A DNA stretch of 64,000 nucleotides from Nageia nagi (Eukaryota; Plantae; Pinophyta): positions 86,118,001-86,182,000 of the forward strand of contig JBITNC010000001.1 of assembly GCA_050084985.1 (NCBI GenBank). Reading direction: 5' to 3'. The translations under genes were made by a program, and so were the position numbers. The first letter of the stretch is position 1, and each line of letters starts with the position of its first letter. Below are positions 12,647-24,200 of the stretch, piece after piece. The notes below the pieces were generated by a model. The model had not been told where the DNA came from. It did not search any database and saw only the letters and a program-made list of their open reading frames with translations.

Positions 12647-13952
12647 GTCAGGATCTCATGGCCATGATCAAAATTGCAATGGATGGTTTTGGTATGCAAG
12701 TGTTGATAAACTAATATCGCTATTGTGTGAGGAGTAGGAATATCTAATTTCTACCTCCATGGGAAGAAAGGACTCTTAAGAAGGTTTAGCCGCTTATACA
12801 AAGATTTCTATAGTATCCAAACATTCATTGTTTAAATTGTTTAATTCTTCTCACTCTTTTCAGTAGTTCAATATAGGCTGCGGAACATTTGAAAAGAAGA
12901 CATCGCCAAATATGTTAAAAAGTTCTAACCCTATGACATGAGCTTTGTCAACACTTGAAATCTTATACACTTCGGAAAAGCATGTTTTGTAACATGCCAA
13001 ATTGGACTTTTTAAGTGGTAGCATCAATCAAGCCTTCGAAAAAGTCCCAACTTACTTTAAAGCTCAAACAATTGAGATATGAAGCATAAATGGAACTATT
13101 TTGAGCTTACATCAACATATTTTATCAAAAAGCTCAAACTTGTATGGTTGTAAAGCGATAAAGAGAAGACCGAAGTTTCATCATATTTAATGTGACATCA
13201 TCTCTATGAAATTTTCAACTTCTGCACAAACTAAGTTTCCATGACAAAAGAGTATACTAGAAGATTTTACCCATGCAAAGAAAAAAGCCAAATTTTGTTG
13301 AAAATAGCTTGTTCTAATTTTCTAAAACATATCTATGCAATTATGTGGATTGTAATATGTTCAAACAAATCTCTAGTTATTTTAAGATAGGTTTTCTAGT
13401 TACACGAGTGTAGAAGATTGTTCAAAGGGTCAAGAATTGCAGAGGTGCCCTCTTGTAATTAAATTACTGCAATATTTTAGTAACATTGAAGCACTATTTT
13501 CCCCTTTCTTCTCTACAATTGTTTAAAGAAAGTTTGATGAGTGAATTCAATGGTTGATCATTTCCCCATCTTCACAATTGAGAAAGTAATTATGATCAAT
13601 ATTTATCCTTTTTCTACTATTTAGTGAGTTCTATTTTGATTTGTGGTGATTGGGTTGAAGATTGGATTATCAATGGTTGCTTTTCTTTATAAATTTATGG
13701 TCATTATTCAAAATTTCCTCCACAATTAGAATTTTCCTTGAGTAAGATTGCTTTGAACAAGGGCCTATTTCTTGTTTTTTATCCCTTTTTATTCTCTCTT
13801 TCTCCTTTTGTTAATTTTCAAGTACCATAAGGATTCGGTCTTCTCTAGAGGTTGATTAATACATTCTACATTAAATCTTCCAAGTAAGAGTGGTTGGTCA
13901 GAGAGCACAAATAACCATTACCTAAGGTGAATCAATAGTTCATTCACATTTT

Positions 13953-14025
13953 TGGCATGCTTGGTGGGATTCTATCCCACAATCGCTTGATTAGAAGTCA
14001 AAATCATTCTATTTACCTATTGGCA
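13953..14025 (-). pseudogene. tRNA-Arg(TCT)-derived copy including 3' CCA, directly after an LTR-end-like ...TTCACA
   Basis: Minus strand GACTTCTAATCAAGCGATTGTGGGATAGAATCCCACCAAGCATGCCA matches the anticodon arm to 3' end of plant tRNA-Arg(UCU) as I recall it. The 5' half is degenerate. Confidence 0.7.
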
Positions 14026-15158
14026 ACTCCATTTTAGGGACTACCCAGTTGACCTATGTTCATTATATCACAAGCTAAAAAGGTCAAACTTTCCCAATTC
14101 TAAAAGAAGATTTTGATCTTTATCCCCACATAAATACAATCTAAACCTTTGTCATTAGCCCTTTCTAGAATCCATAATGGTCGCTCCAAATTCATTCATA
14201 TGTCCGACTTGGAATGATCTTGGACCTCAAAAATGTTCCTAATCCCCATTCGATTCCTAGTGCAATTCTTAAAGCTTTACCCGTATTTGATGGCACTGAA
14301 AAGACCAACATGTGAGCATTGTAAACATATTATAACACAATTGCAAGCCCTATACTTTAAAGGTAAATTCTTTATTTGGTATAATCATTGGCAACTAATT
14401 CAATCAACAATTAGTCAAAGCTAGCTTAACATTTTATTATCAAATTCAATGAGATTGGAGATCCCTTCTTCCTCCTTAGTAAAATCACTTCCATTCAACA
14501 TCATCATGTGGAGAACATTACCGGTTTCAACATTTGATTCTCAAAAAATGCCCCTAAATGTCTGGCCCTCTAATCCTCAAGCATATATTCATTATCTTGA
14601 AGCTTTCACATCTGATTTGGGTTTTCAAATCAGACAATTTAATGAGAAGGGATTCCTTCAAGTGTTACAAGAAGCCACAATAACATAGAATGCTTCAATA
14701 TCAATTTGAGCTACTTCCTTGAGTTATTATCCATACTTCTCTAAGTTACCTCAAAATAGTAGTCTAATAATGTCTCTTCTTGAATCTTTTGCTTTGTCTA
14801 TTGCAACCCTTTCAAACATTACTTCTCAAAGGAGTAATCCACCACCTATAGTATCTTTGTCCTTAATTTTAGCACTCCTTCCATAAGAAGCCAAAGAATC
14901 AACCAACATGCAAGGGTAGCTATGGTCAAGAACCTAGCAAATAAAATCACTATCATGGAAAGAAAAACATATGAAAGAACATTTGATGAATTAAAACAAA
15001 GAAGACTACCATGCATAAAAAAGGAGCAAGCAAGCCCATTAGGATCAACTAAAAGAATGAATGTGGTAGTGTAAATGCCAAGAGATGGAACCTCATCTAA
15101 AGAAGAAGGTTGTTGCTTAGCATGTAATGATCCACATGAATAAAATACATGCCCTATG

Positions 15159-15900
15159 TGTAGACACCTAATTTTGATTTTCAGTTTATTAAAAAATTAT
15201 AATTTAGGTATCTAAATTGAGTTAATTCATTAAAGAGAAGTCGTGCATAGCGAGAAGTCGTGCATGTTTTGGGGTCAAGGATTTCCCCAACTCGACTCCT
15301 AGCATTGATTTTTCCAAAGATTTATATAGAAAGGTTGGTATATTCATTACCTTTTTTCAGGAAGGTGGTTGAGAAATGCCAGATGAAAACTCTGCACCAC
15401 ATCCAAACTTTCATCAAGAGTAAGATATTGCATGATCACCAAGCTTACTTTGTCCCAAGACATCAACAAAGAGTCATGTTGTTAGTTGATCCGGAATGTA
15501 ACTTGTTGTCTTCCTTGTCATCCTCCTTGCAGGAAAAGAGGTCCACCTCATTCTTTAGAGAATCCTTTTCATATTTGATGTTTAAACCCTTGGTTTTGAG
15601 CCCCAACACCTCTATAATCAAAGCTACAAAGATGGTAAATTTGATACCCCTAGCTTGCACCTTGTCCCATGTCCATAAAATGGCTAATTATTTTGCTAAT
15701 TCAACATATGGCTTTGACATCTTGAACAAATAACTAAGGATACCCCCACAGGTAACTCTCATTACGATTCTATGCCACCATCTTCCTTGTGTCAAATGCC
15801 CATGCCAACTAGTGGAGAATAAATGCTCTAAGATACAGCACCATAAAGTTAGTTTTTAGACACACCTTTTCGACATGTCGTGAAATGAGTTGTTGAGTTG
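15159..15900 (+). mobile_element. Truncated Tat-type LTR fragment inserted into a gag-like remnant (C..C..PH...C at ~15110-15155)
   Basis: Starts TGTAGACACCTAATTTTG, like the other Tat LTR starts in this window (TGTTTACACC, TGTTAACACC). Right end not defined. Confidence 0.4.
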
Positions 15901-15949
15901 TCTTCTAGGTGGGTCCCATTCGCATAGGTTTGAAAGTATAAACATTATG

Positions 15950-16640
15950 ATAACATGGAAGTGTCACTCTAATGATTCCAAGGATTCCCAATTTTCCAAC
16001 AAGTTCCAACGTTGATTTTTTCTATATACACATATTATTAGAAATTAAGGTCAAGGTGTCTCTTAAGGGGTTCTCCCTCCAAATGGACATCTTTCTTTGA
16101 AGAAGTCCTAAATTGGCCAATCAATCAATCACCATATTACCCTCCCTATATACATATTCTACCTTTAAGGTCTCCAACTTTGACAGTTTTATAAGAGCTT
16201 CGTGAATCATAGGTTTAATGGTCAAACAAGAGCTTGGGATCACTTCATTGCATTGACTATATTGAAAGAATCTCCCTCAATTATAACTTTTTAAAAATTT
16301 AGAAGACAAAAAGATAAATACGTTGGTAAAGGGCCCTAGTTTTTGCAAAGTGACTAGATTGAATTCCCAACATTTCAGCAAAGGATAGGAGGGGTTCCCC
16401 TTTATCATTACTAATAACCCCTCTCACCCCTATGTCTCTAGTGTTTCCTTTCAAAGCCATGTCAAAGTTCAATTTCACCCAACCTTGGGGAGGGTCCATC
16501 AAACTAGAAATCTATTCACGTTCACCTCCACAATCGAGACATCTTTTTGGAGCATTCCCCACCAATATTTGGACACTTTCTTCTTAGCATCAAGCTTCAA
16601 CATTCAATGAAAAAAGACTCAATGCTTTAGCCAATCCCTT
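15950..16640 (-). mobile_element. LINE (L1) 3' fragment with RNase H-like (RVT_3) domain
   Basis: PPQGWVKLNFD.A.KGN...G..GVI.ND.G...SFA..LG..S...A..RAL is the plant L1 RNase H signature. Confidence 0.8.
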
Positions 16641-16940
16641 CTGTTGTGACTAAAATACAACATGCCCCAAAATCGTACGATTTTGGGGACCCTCAAGCAC
16701 ACCTTTGTATATACTTCATTTTGTCGTCATCTTCACTCCCCATGTTGCATCACCGAGACCCTGATTCATGGACTACTCATAGTTCATAGCCTCTCCCTTC
16801 ATTAGAGTTAGCCATGATAAAATAGAAATTGCAAATTCCTTGGAATGGCTAAGTCCGGGAAGAGTAAAAGTCAAATCTAGGTGAATTAGGAAGTCTAAGA
16901 TGAGCTGGAAGCTGAGCAAGTCAAACTAGGCATTCCCGAG

Positions 16941-17914
16941 GGCTAGCACATGCTTCAAAAAGATAGAATCTTGTCTTTTTGAACCATGTGATTGGGCCAA
17001 GGGGCCGTCCAGGCGAGAGGGAAGGTTCGAAGATGAAGTCTAGGCACTTACAAGCCCAGTGCATGCCTCCAGGAGACAAAACTTTGACTATCCTGAGCAT
17101 GCGCCAAAGACAGGAAGTATTCTGGACCAAAAGAAGGTGCAATAATCCTAAGGCAAAGACACCAGAAGGCTGGCGCATGCTTCAAAAAGACAAAAAACCA
17201 TGCAATTTGGCTAGGAGGACAAGTTGAGCAAGTTTGGATGCCTAAAAAAGAATCTAAGTCACCCAGGAGGCTGGCACATGCCTCAAAAAGACAAAATCTT
17301 GTCTTTTTGAACCATGCGCCAAGCTTGGAAGGGCTTTTAGTTCGACAGAAAGTGAAAATTTGACAAGGCATGGACCTGGGGAACTCAAAACCAATTCAAG
17401 CATATATAGGGGGCTAGCGCATGACCTCAAAAGACAAATTCTTGACTTTTTGAGGCATGTGCCAAGCCCAGGAAGCCTCCAGGATTTGAGAAGAGGCTTC
17501 CTGAAGCATGAAAATTCGGCTAAGGCATGAGCATTTGAAGATCAAAATTCGCAAAATAGGCCAACAGGAGGCTGGCGCATGTTTCAAAAAGACACAATCT
17601 TGCCTTTTTGAACCATGCAACCAAGCTGGAGGGGTAGGCAAGCTTGGCGCATGCCTCAAAAAGTCACAATCTTGACTTTTGAAAGCATGCACCAAGCCTA
17701 CAAGTTGCCCAATTTGAAACAAAGCATCAAATTTGATAAATTCAGCCGACTGGAAGACCAAAAATCGAGAGAAATCAGGTTAATGGGTGAGTTGGAAGAT
17801 CAAAGCAAGCAAGCACATGACCAGGAGACCCAATGTTAGGAGCATACTCCCTTCCAGGGCTGGTGCATGGCTTAAAAAGTCACCTTTCTATCTTTTTTGT
17901 CCATGCGCCAAGCT
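16941..17914. repeat. Array of 8 imperfect ~56-bp palindromes (GGCTGGCGCATGCYTCAAAAAGACA-AAATCT-TGTCTTTTTGARSCATGCGCCAAGC) with non-repetitive spacers
   Basis: Units start at ~16941, 17054, 17168 (internally deleted), 17269, 17412, 17570, 17641, 17858. Confidence 0.9.
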
Positions 17915-18065
17915 TGGATGACCTTCTGGACCCCAACATCTAGACATAAGAGGCTTGGCATGAGTTTCTGAACCAGCACACATCTTGAGGTCAGATAGAT
18001 AGAGGGCTATGATCAAGTTTGATAGAAACCCTAGCCGACTAGGGCAAGGTGGGAGACAAATTGGC

Positions 18066-18073
18066 TATAAATA
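18066..18073 (+). promoter_or_regulatory. TATA box for the LTR-internal ORF
   Basis: GGCTATAAATAC ~160 bp upstream of the coding region and just downstream of the palindrome array. Confidence 0.6.
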
Positions 18074-18224
18074 CAAGCTTTGGGACCTCATTTTCCCAAA
18101 TTCAAAACTTGCTCCACTTCTACCCTTGCGCCAAAATAGCAAGAAATTGCAGATTTTTGCGTCCAAACATCTTCATTAGTGGATCTTAGGGCTTGCACAA
18201 GCATTTGGGAGGTTAGCTACCATC

Positions 18225-21200
18225 ATGTGAGGGTTATTCTCACTTGGAAACCCAGGTAGCATCCTTGGTGAGCCACATCGCAATTGAAAATATCATGACT
18301 CCCTCCGAGGGCAATTCGGCTCTTGACTTTGCTAGGGACCTCGAGCGGTTGAAACAGGATTGCGTCATCTCCATTCTTGAGAGACAACAAGCCCTTCCCC
18401 AAGGGGCCAGGTTCTCGAGGAACGATTTTGCAACCATCGGAGATACTGACTAGCAAAACATAGACCCCATGCAGATGAGGGAGAGCATTCATGGGCTTCC
18501 TTCCACAGACCTAAAGCAGGACATTGTCTTCTTCTTCAAGCTCTCCACCTGCACCTTCATCCCGTTCACAGCCCCATTCCCTGAGTTGTGCATGGAAGTC
18601 GGTCACCACTAGCAGAAGGGAGAGAGAATCCTTCGATACATCAAGGGAGACATCATTATGGACTTTCGCCCCAAAGCTATTAAAGCAGCATTTCAATGGA
18701 CTTTCGAGGGTGACTATGAATATAGTGAAGCTAGGTCACTCGCATGCTACCAAGAGACTCCCAGGGCATCCATCACTATTAAGAGTTGGATATTCGAAGA
18801 ACATCACAGGTTGAAGGGAAATGCACTCATCAATGCTCCTCGCTCTAACTTCTAATTGACAATCGAGTTAATGATTCTCCTGTTATCTAGAGTTTTCGGG
18901 AAGGAAGATGCTTCAAAATTCAAGGAGGAGTTCTTTGGGTTCATTCTTGAGATTGCTAGAGGTAGAAGGATCCGATGGAGCAAGGTGTTGAGCAACTCAA
19001 TAGCTGATCAATTGTCATCCATTGATAAAACTCCTAAATTCTACCTCAATTCATACTTGGTATACATGTTGGTCCATGGCAGATACTGGGTTACAGCATA
19101 GGGTGAGACGGCTTGGATAGAAAGAGGAACTTACTCCATTTGGAAGTGCTATCCCAAGTGGAAGTTAGAGAGAAGGTGGGACAGTTTCACAATGAAAAAC
19201 GATGGATGGGAATACAAGATATATAAGGAACTTAAGGGAGAGATCATAGTGGCATGGATCTCCAATTCCACCCAAGATGCTTTGAAAAAGCATGGCAATT
19301 TCTTCCTCCATCACCAACACTTCTCTTATATTCGTATACATGGATCAGCCGTATAGCCCTATCAATTGCCAAGGTTCGTGAATAATAAGATTCTGCTAAT
19401 GGAGATGATGAGGCAATTGGCCTTTTTTACACGAACAGGTGTGGCAAAAGAAATCGGCTACATCAAATTTGCCGATCGTTGTGGGAGAATACCAATGTAA
19501 GTTCTGGACGGATGTGGATGCTATGAAAGAAGAGTTGGCTAGATTCAACTTCAAGAAGATGCCTTCCATAGACCACTATGATCCGGACCACAGGTTGCAC
19601 TCATTCTTCATGAAGGAAAGGAAAAAACCCTATGAACATAAGCCACTTGCAAAAGAGGAACCTTTCTGGAATATCAGCAATGAGGTAGAGATCAAGAGGA
19701 TAAGGGAAAGGGTACACAAGAATGCAAGTGATGAGCAATATCGTGTGGAAGCCACAATTAGCAAGAGACTCTCATGGAACAAAGGAAGAAGAATTCAAGA
19801 GTCTACTTCTAGGGTCACCCAGTCTTCTCCAATACACAAGACTCCTATTGGGTAGTATGCAACCATGCGTGGCAAGAACCCAGTTGAACGAGTTATACGA
19901 CAAGTGCAGGCCACCATAGATGAGCATGATGCAAGGGAATTAGAGCAAGTAGCCATAGATAAGGTAGTAAGGTGTGTGTGAAATAGACATCAAGATCCTT
20001 CTCCACCACCTAGACCACCTAGAGCCACCTTAGCTGCAACGTCACTTGTTGTACCATCATCTAGGTCAGTAGCCTCCAGTCCCTCTTACAAGCCCGATGG
20101 AAACCAAAAGGAAGGAGAGATTGGAGTATCGGAGGATGAACAGGAGCAAAATATGGTCCAGGATGAGGAGATCCTCGATGCGCAACGAAAAGATGTGTCT
20201 GTAGAGATTTTAAAGGAGACTCGTAAGCATACAACATCAGGGCCATCTACAAAGAGAAGCAGAGAACCAATTTCAGAGACAGTACAGAGGACTCAATTGA
20301 AGAGGACTCCACAGTCCCAGGCTACAGGGGCTTCACATGATCAACATGATGAATAGGAAGAGGAGAGACCCTCAAAGAGAATAAAAAGGAACATTGTTGC
20401 CAATCAAGAGGCCGTTGTGGACACTTATCAGCCATCACCCATGGATGAGTGGGGTGTCAACATGGAGGAGTGCCTTGATGTGTTCAATATGGACATCGGA
20501 AAAGAATTTGGAGCAGGGGAAAAGGATGATCAAGTAAGAGAAAGCTCCACCCGTCCAGGAAAATCCCAGACGTATGTCCACTTGGCCGATAATGCTATAC
20601 ACATTAAGACTATTATAGCCAACAAGGAGAACCCACAATGTCCAGAAGACCTCAGGCAGATTAACCAAATCATTAATACAGGTCCGATCGGTTTGGTTGG
20701 TCGGAAACATGCAATCATCTCCAATGCTGAGGCATCACCAAAGATGGTATGATGAAAGATAAGGAGATTAAGGGCCTCAAGAAGGAGTTATCCACACAGA
20801 AGAAGTGACAAAAGAATTAGAGTCGGCTAAGGTACCCACCGAAGAACTTTGAAAGATCAAGCCACTTAAGGAGGGTATGATCACGGTGAAACAAAAGCAC
20901 ATAGATGAGGTCTTGGCAGTAGTTCAACGATTTATTGGAGCACTGGAGAGGGTAGCACTTGAGGAGCAGAAGCTCAAAGATATCATTGTAGAGAGAACCA
21001 ATTTTCTCAGAGTCTTGGATTCTAGGCGGCACATGATCATGCACTTTGAGATGACATAGAATCGCAGGCCAGAAGACGTGAAGTTCTGCGAAGAATATTG
21101 GTTCTATTTGGGTGTGGTCAATCAAATGGCCACTCGATTCCAAGAGGTGCAAAAGGATATGCAAAAGCTCAATGACCAAACACTTTCCTTGAGCAAATGG

Positions 21201-21520
21201 AGTTCCAGGTAAAGTTCCTTGATGATAATGCGGGCATCCGAGATAGAGACCTGTTGGTGGCAAAAGTAAGGCACTTCCTTCACAGCTTGATTATGACTAA
21301 AGACATCAACACGTTCCAAATTGGCAATCACTTGGAGCATTTGCTTAAAGCTCATGCATGGGAGAAGGACATGTTGAGGATAGTAGACAAGGTGGAGCGC
21401 TACATGGCCAAGAACAAGCCCAGGTTATCAGAGATACTGCATGGATTGAAGCTCACAGCCAAATTCCTAGACGACGACTTTGAGGGGCGTGTAGAGGCGT
21501 TGGGCCCACCAAACACCTAG
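18225..21520 (+). pseudogene. ~1,100-codon TE accessory gene (domain A - low-complexity linker - domain B), several stops and frameshifts
   Basis: Fragments 18244-18453, 18658-18855, 18856-19101, 19439-19855, 20153-20356, 20417-20752, 20877-21059 and 21197-21520 form one collinear reading. N-half homologous to 1962-4240, C-half to 7546-9745. Confidence 0.8.
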
Positions 21521-21597
21521 TTACAATACTTGTTATATTTTATTTTATTTTATTTCATAGTTATGATTGGAAACTTGAATTTATTTGTTAATAATTC

Positions 21598-21638
21598 CCA
21601 AGTTTGTGATGGATGAGGATTTGCTCCCACAAACTTGG
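21598..21638 (+). other. Conserved hairpin motif (perfect 11-bp stem CCAAGTTTGTG/CACAAACTTGG around GGATGAGGATTTGCTCC)
   Basis: 78 nt after the ORF stop; core shared with 9907-9940. Confidence 0.75.
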
Positions 21639-22379
21639 AAGATATCTGGTGACGCCATGTGGTGTATTTTGATTGGACCATATTTTATTTTCTCGTAAGT
21701 TACAATTAGGGTTAGGGAAACATTTAGAGTTGGTCTAAAACTATATATAGCCCATTTTAGGTCATTTGTAGGGGATTAGACATTTTGTGAAAAATTGGAC
21801 TACTTACACTATTCTTCCAAACTTGCAAGTTTCTTTTTTTTTCGCAATTGTGATATAAATCTCAAGTAATTGAAGTGAGCATGTTCTTATTTGAGACTAT
21901 GGATGTCATCGTATGTTATTTCTCTATGCTATCTTGAATGTTTGGTTCATTTTGTAAATCTTCTAAAAGGTGGAAAAAAGAGTGCTTGTAGATCCTACGA
22001 AACATTCTAAGTGGTGTGTAGTTGTAACGTTCCGTAGTTTGCACTTTGGATTAGTGTCTTCCGAGAGAACTCGCATATGTCGTTTAACCTAGGAACTTCA
22101 TTCCATCATTGAGTCTTACTCCATCCTATCCTACCTTTCCACCGCTTCAACTTCAAGCTCCCCTTGTTGAGGTATTCGTGTTGTTGCCTCACAAGTCGGA
22201 TCGGGAATGCGTGGAACCTAGAACAAACCCATGCAAGTCAAGTCTCAGAAATTCACACTAATCGGTAGGAACATTTCCCTAGAGCCCCATTCGTATATCA
22301 CCGTCTCTTCACAAACCCCTTTTCTTTATTTTTCCATTTTTTGCACGGCTTTCACAACAAACTCCTTTTATTTTTTATT

Positions 22380-24200
22380 TTTCTTTGAGAAACAACCTCA
22401 ATGAATTAGAGAGACCCTTTGAGTCCTTGAGTAACAAATTTCATTTGAGTTGGTAAAAGCTTAAAATATCTCTACCAAACCATCTGAGTCAGCCCATGCA
22501 CCCTTCACTTTCTAACCTTTGAGGTAATCAATCCTCATTGGAGTCTTTCCACTAAGCCCTGCAATACTACTTGCCAACTTGTAGGGATAGGAAAGAAAAA
22601 GACACCAACACCTTCCTCCCCAAGTCTTATTGGCATAATGATTTTGGTTGGAAATAGATAAACCATGGAGAAATGTTCAAATTTCCAAGAATTTCTTTCG
22701 CCTTCAAATCTTATTTCTCTTCTCTTTGGCAATTTGTACTTGCCAAAGTTAAGAACAAATTACAATAGTCATTTCAAAACCATGATCATTGGCAAGCCAA
22801 TTCCAAGTGTGTTCAAAGGTGCTCGCTAAAATCAATGTTTATTATTCCTCTTGCTAGGCTTCCTATCAGAAGTTAAAATGATCCTTAGAGAATTTTTTAT
22901 GGGCTTCCTCCTAGCAAGGGAAAGGTTTTCATATTGTCGCATCAAAATTGTGTTGTATTCCATATGAATTTGGAGAACTTGGGCTTTTGGACATCCATCT
23001 CCAAAAGCTTGTCCTTTGTGCAAAATGGGTTAGCTAGGCCCCAGAAGGCAACAAAGATTGGAAAGTTTTGATTCAACATTGTATTGGTTTAGGCATTCCA
23101 TATGGTCAACAAACATAGAAGGAACTTCTCCATCATTCCATCCTTATTCACAAGGTGCATGTCAAAATTTAAGCCATCTTTGTGGCCAAAAGCATTTGGA
23201 AAGCTTGGGAATACTGTGAAATGGGAATGAATTTAATATTGAGATTTCAATCAACCAACAATCCTTTCAATGGTTTCCTATAATCACTCACCAAGATAAA
23301 CCCCTTGTGAAAGTCCAATGGATTGATGTTTTAAAATTCTTTTGTAGAGGGGTTTGGGTCATTTTAGACCAATTTTCTAGAGAAACAAGGAATCGAATTT
23401 CTTGGTATGAAGCCAAAGCCAATTTCAAACTGGCTAACTATGATATGGAAACCTTCCAAGTGGTTGTGGACTCTATCCCTACACATATGATTCATAAAAT
23501 AGGGAATAGAATCTCCCAACCTTGGTGTAGATATTGGAAATGGTTCCCTAATAACCCATTTTGTAGGTACAACCCTAGCAAAGGTTATAAGTGGCTTTCA
23601 CCTCACAATTTGTCACCAAAACTTGGCAACATGGGTTTCAAACTATCTAATCTGCTATCATGGAATCCAACCTTGCTCATTTTTCTTGGTGTATTCTCTA
23701 TAAAGGTCTTCCTCTTGGCAACCAAGCTTGCTCATTTAGGGGTTGCCAACCCTCGATGCCTATTTTATGGTCAACGTGGAAACATTAAGCAACTTTTTGT
23801 GTTTTGTCTAAAGGTCAAGCTGCATTGAAAAGGATCCATGATTTTGTCAAGCCCTTAAGGCTAGAGCATTTCTCTTGGCACATGATTCTTCTAGGTGACT
23901 AACACAATATGCCTCCGACGCACACCCAACCATGGCATACTTTTAAAGTGGAAATTTTTTACAAAAATTCAAATATTTCTTTCAAAACTTTTGTAGATAC
24001 CGTTTGTCTTTGACTACAAAAGCTAAAATTTGTTCCAATGTGCTTTGGCAATTCTAGGTACAAATGAATAAGGTGGCTTTGGAGGTAGCCCATCTACAAA
24101 CACTTATGAACCACTAGGTTAACACTCCATGCATGGTGGCCCATGTCCCATCAACCTCTCCTTAGCATAGAAGTTGGTCCTAAGGGTGCAAACGTCACTA
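22380..24200 (+). mobile_element. Decayed LINE ORF2 (RT C-terminus to zf-RVT)
   Basis: Frameshifted motifs: SLASQFQVCSKVL, LWA..GFH.VA..CC.P..G.LGL.D..Q..LCAKW, KSIWKAW, and decayed C..C...HLF..C (ANPRCLFY...KQLFVFC). Confidence 0.75.

Larger units (their letters stand above)
16642..22359 (+). mobile_element. 5.7-kb solo-LTR-like unit (Tat/Ogre-type) containing an internal protein-coding gene
   Basis: Termini TGTTGTGA...TCACAACA (8-bp inverted ends). No PPT before, no PBS after, no internal direct repeat, no gag/pol. No TSD (CCTTC vs AACTC). TATA boxes at 18066 and 21742. Confidence 0.75.

Noticed and set aside
13953-14025. Functional tRNA-Arg gene
   Set aside because: T loop mutated (GATAGAA), 5' half degenerate, CCA encoded.
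15260-15733. 157-aa ORF as a gene
   Set aside because: Lies inside an LTR-like fragment, non-ATG start, no recognisable motif.
16941-17914. CRISPR array (palindromic repeats with unique spacers)
   Set aside because: Eukaryotic TE context, degenerate ~56-bp repeats, highly variable spacer lengths, no cas genes.
18225-21520. Envelope gene of an endogenous retrovirus-like element
   Set aside because: No signal peptide or clear transmembrane segment in the reconstructed fragments.
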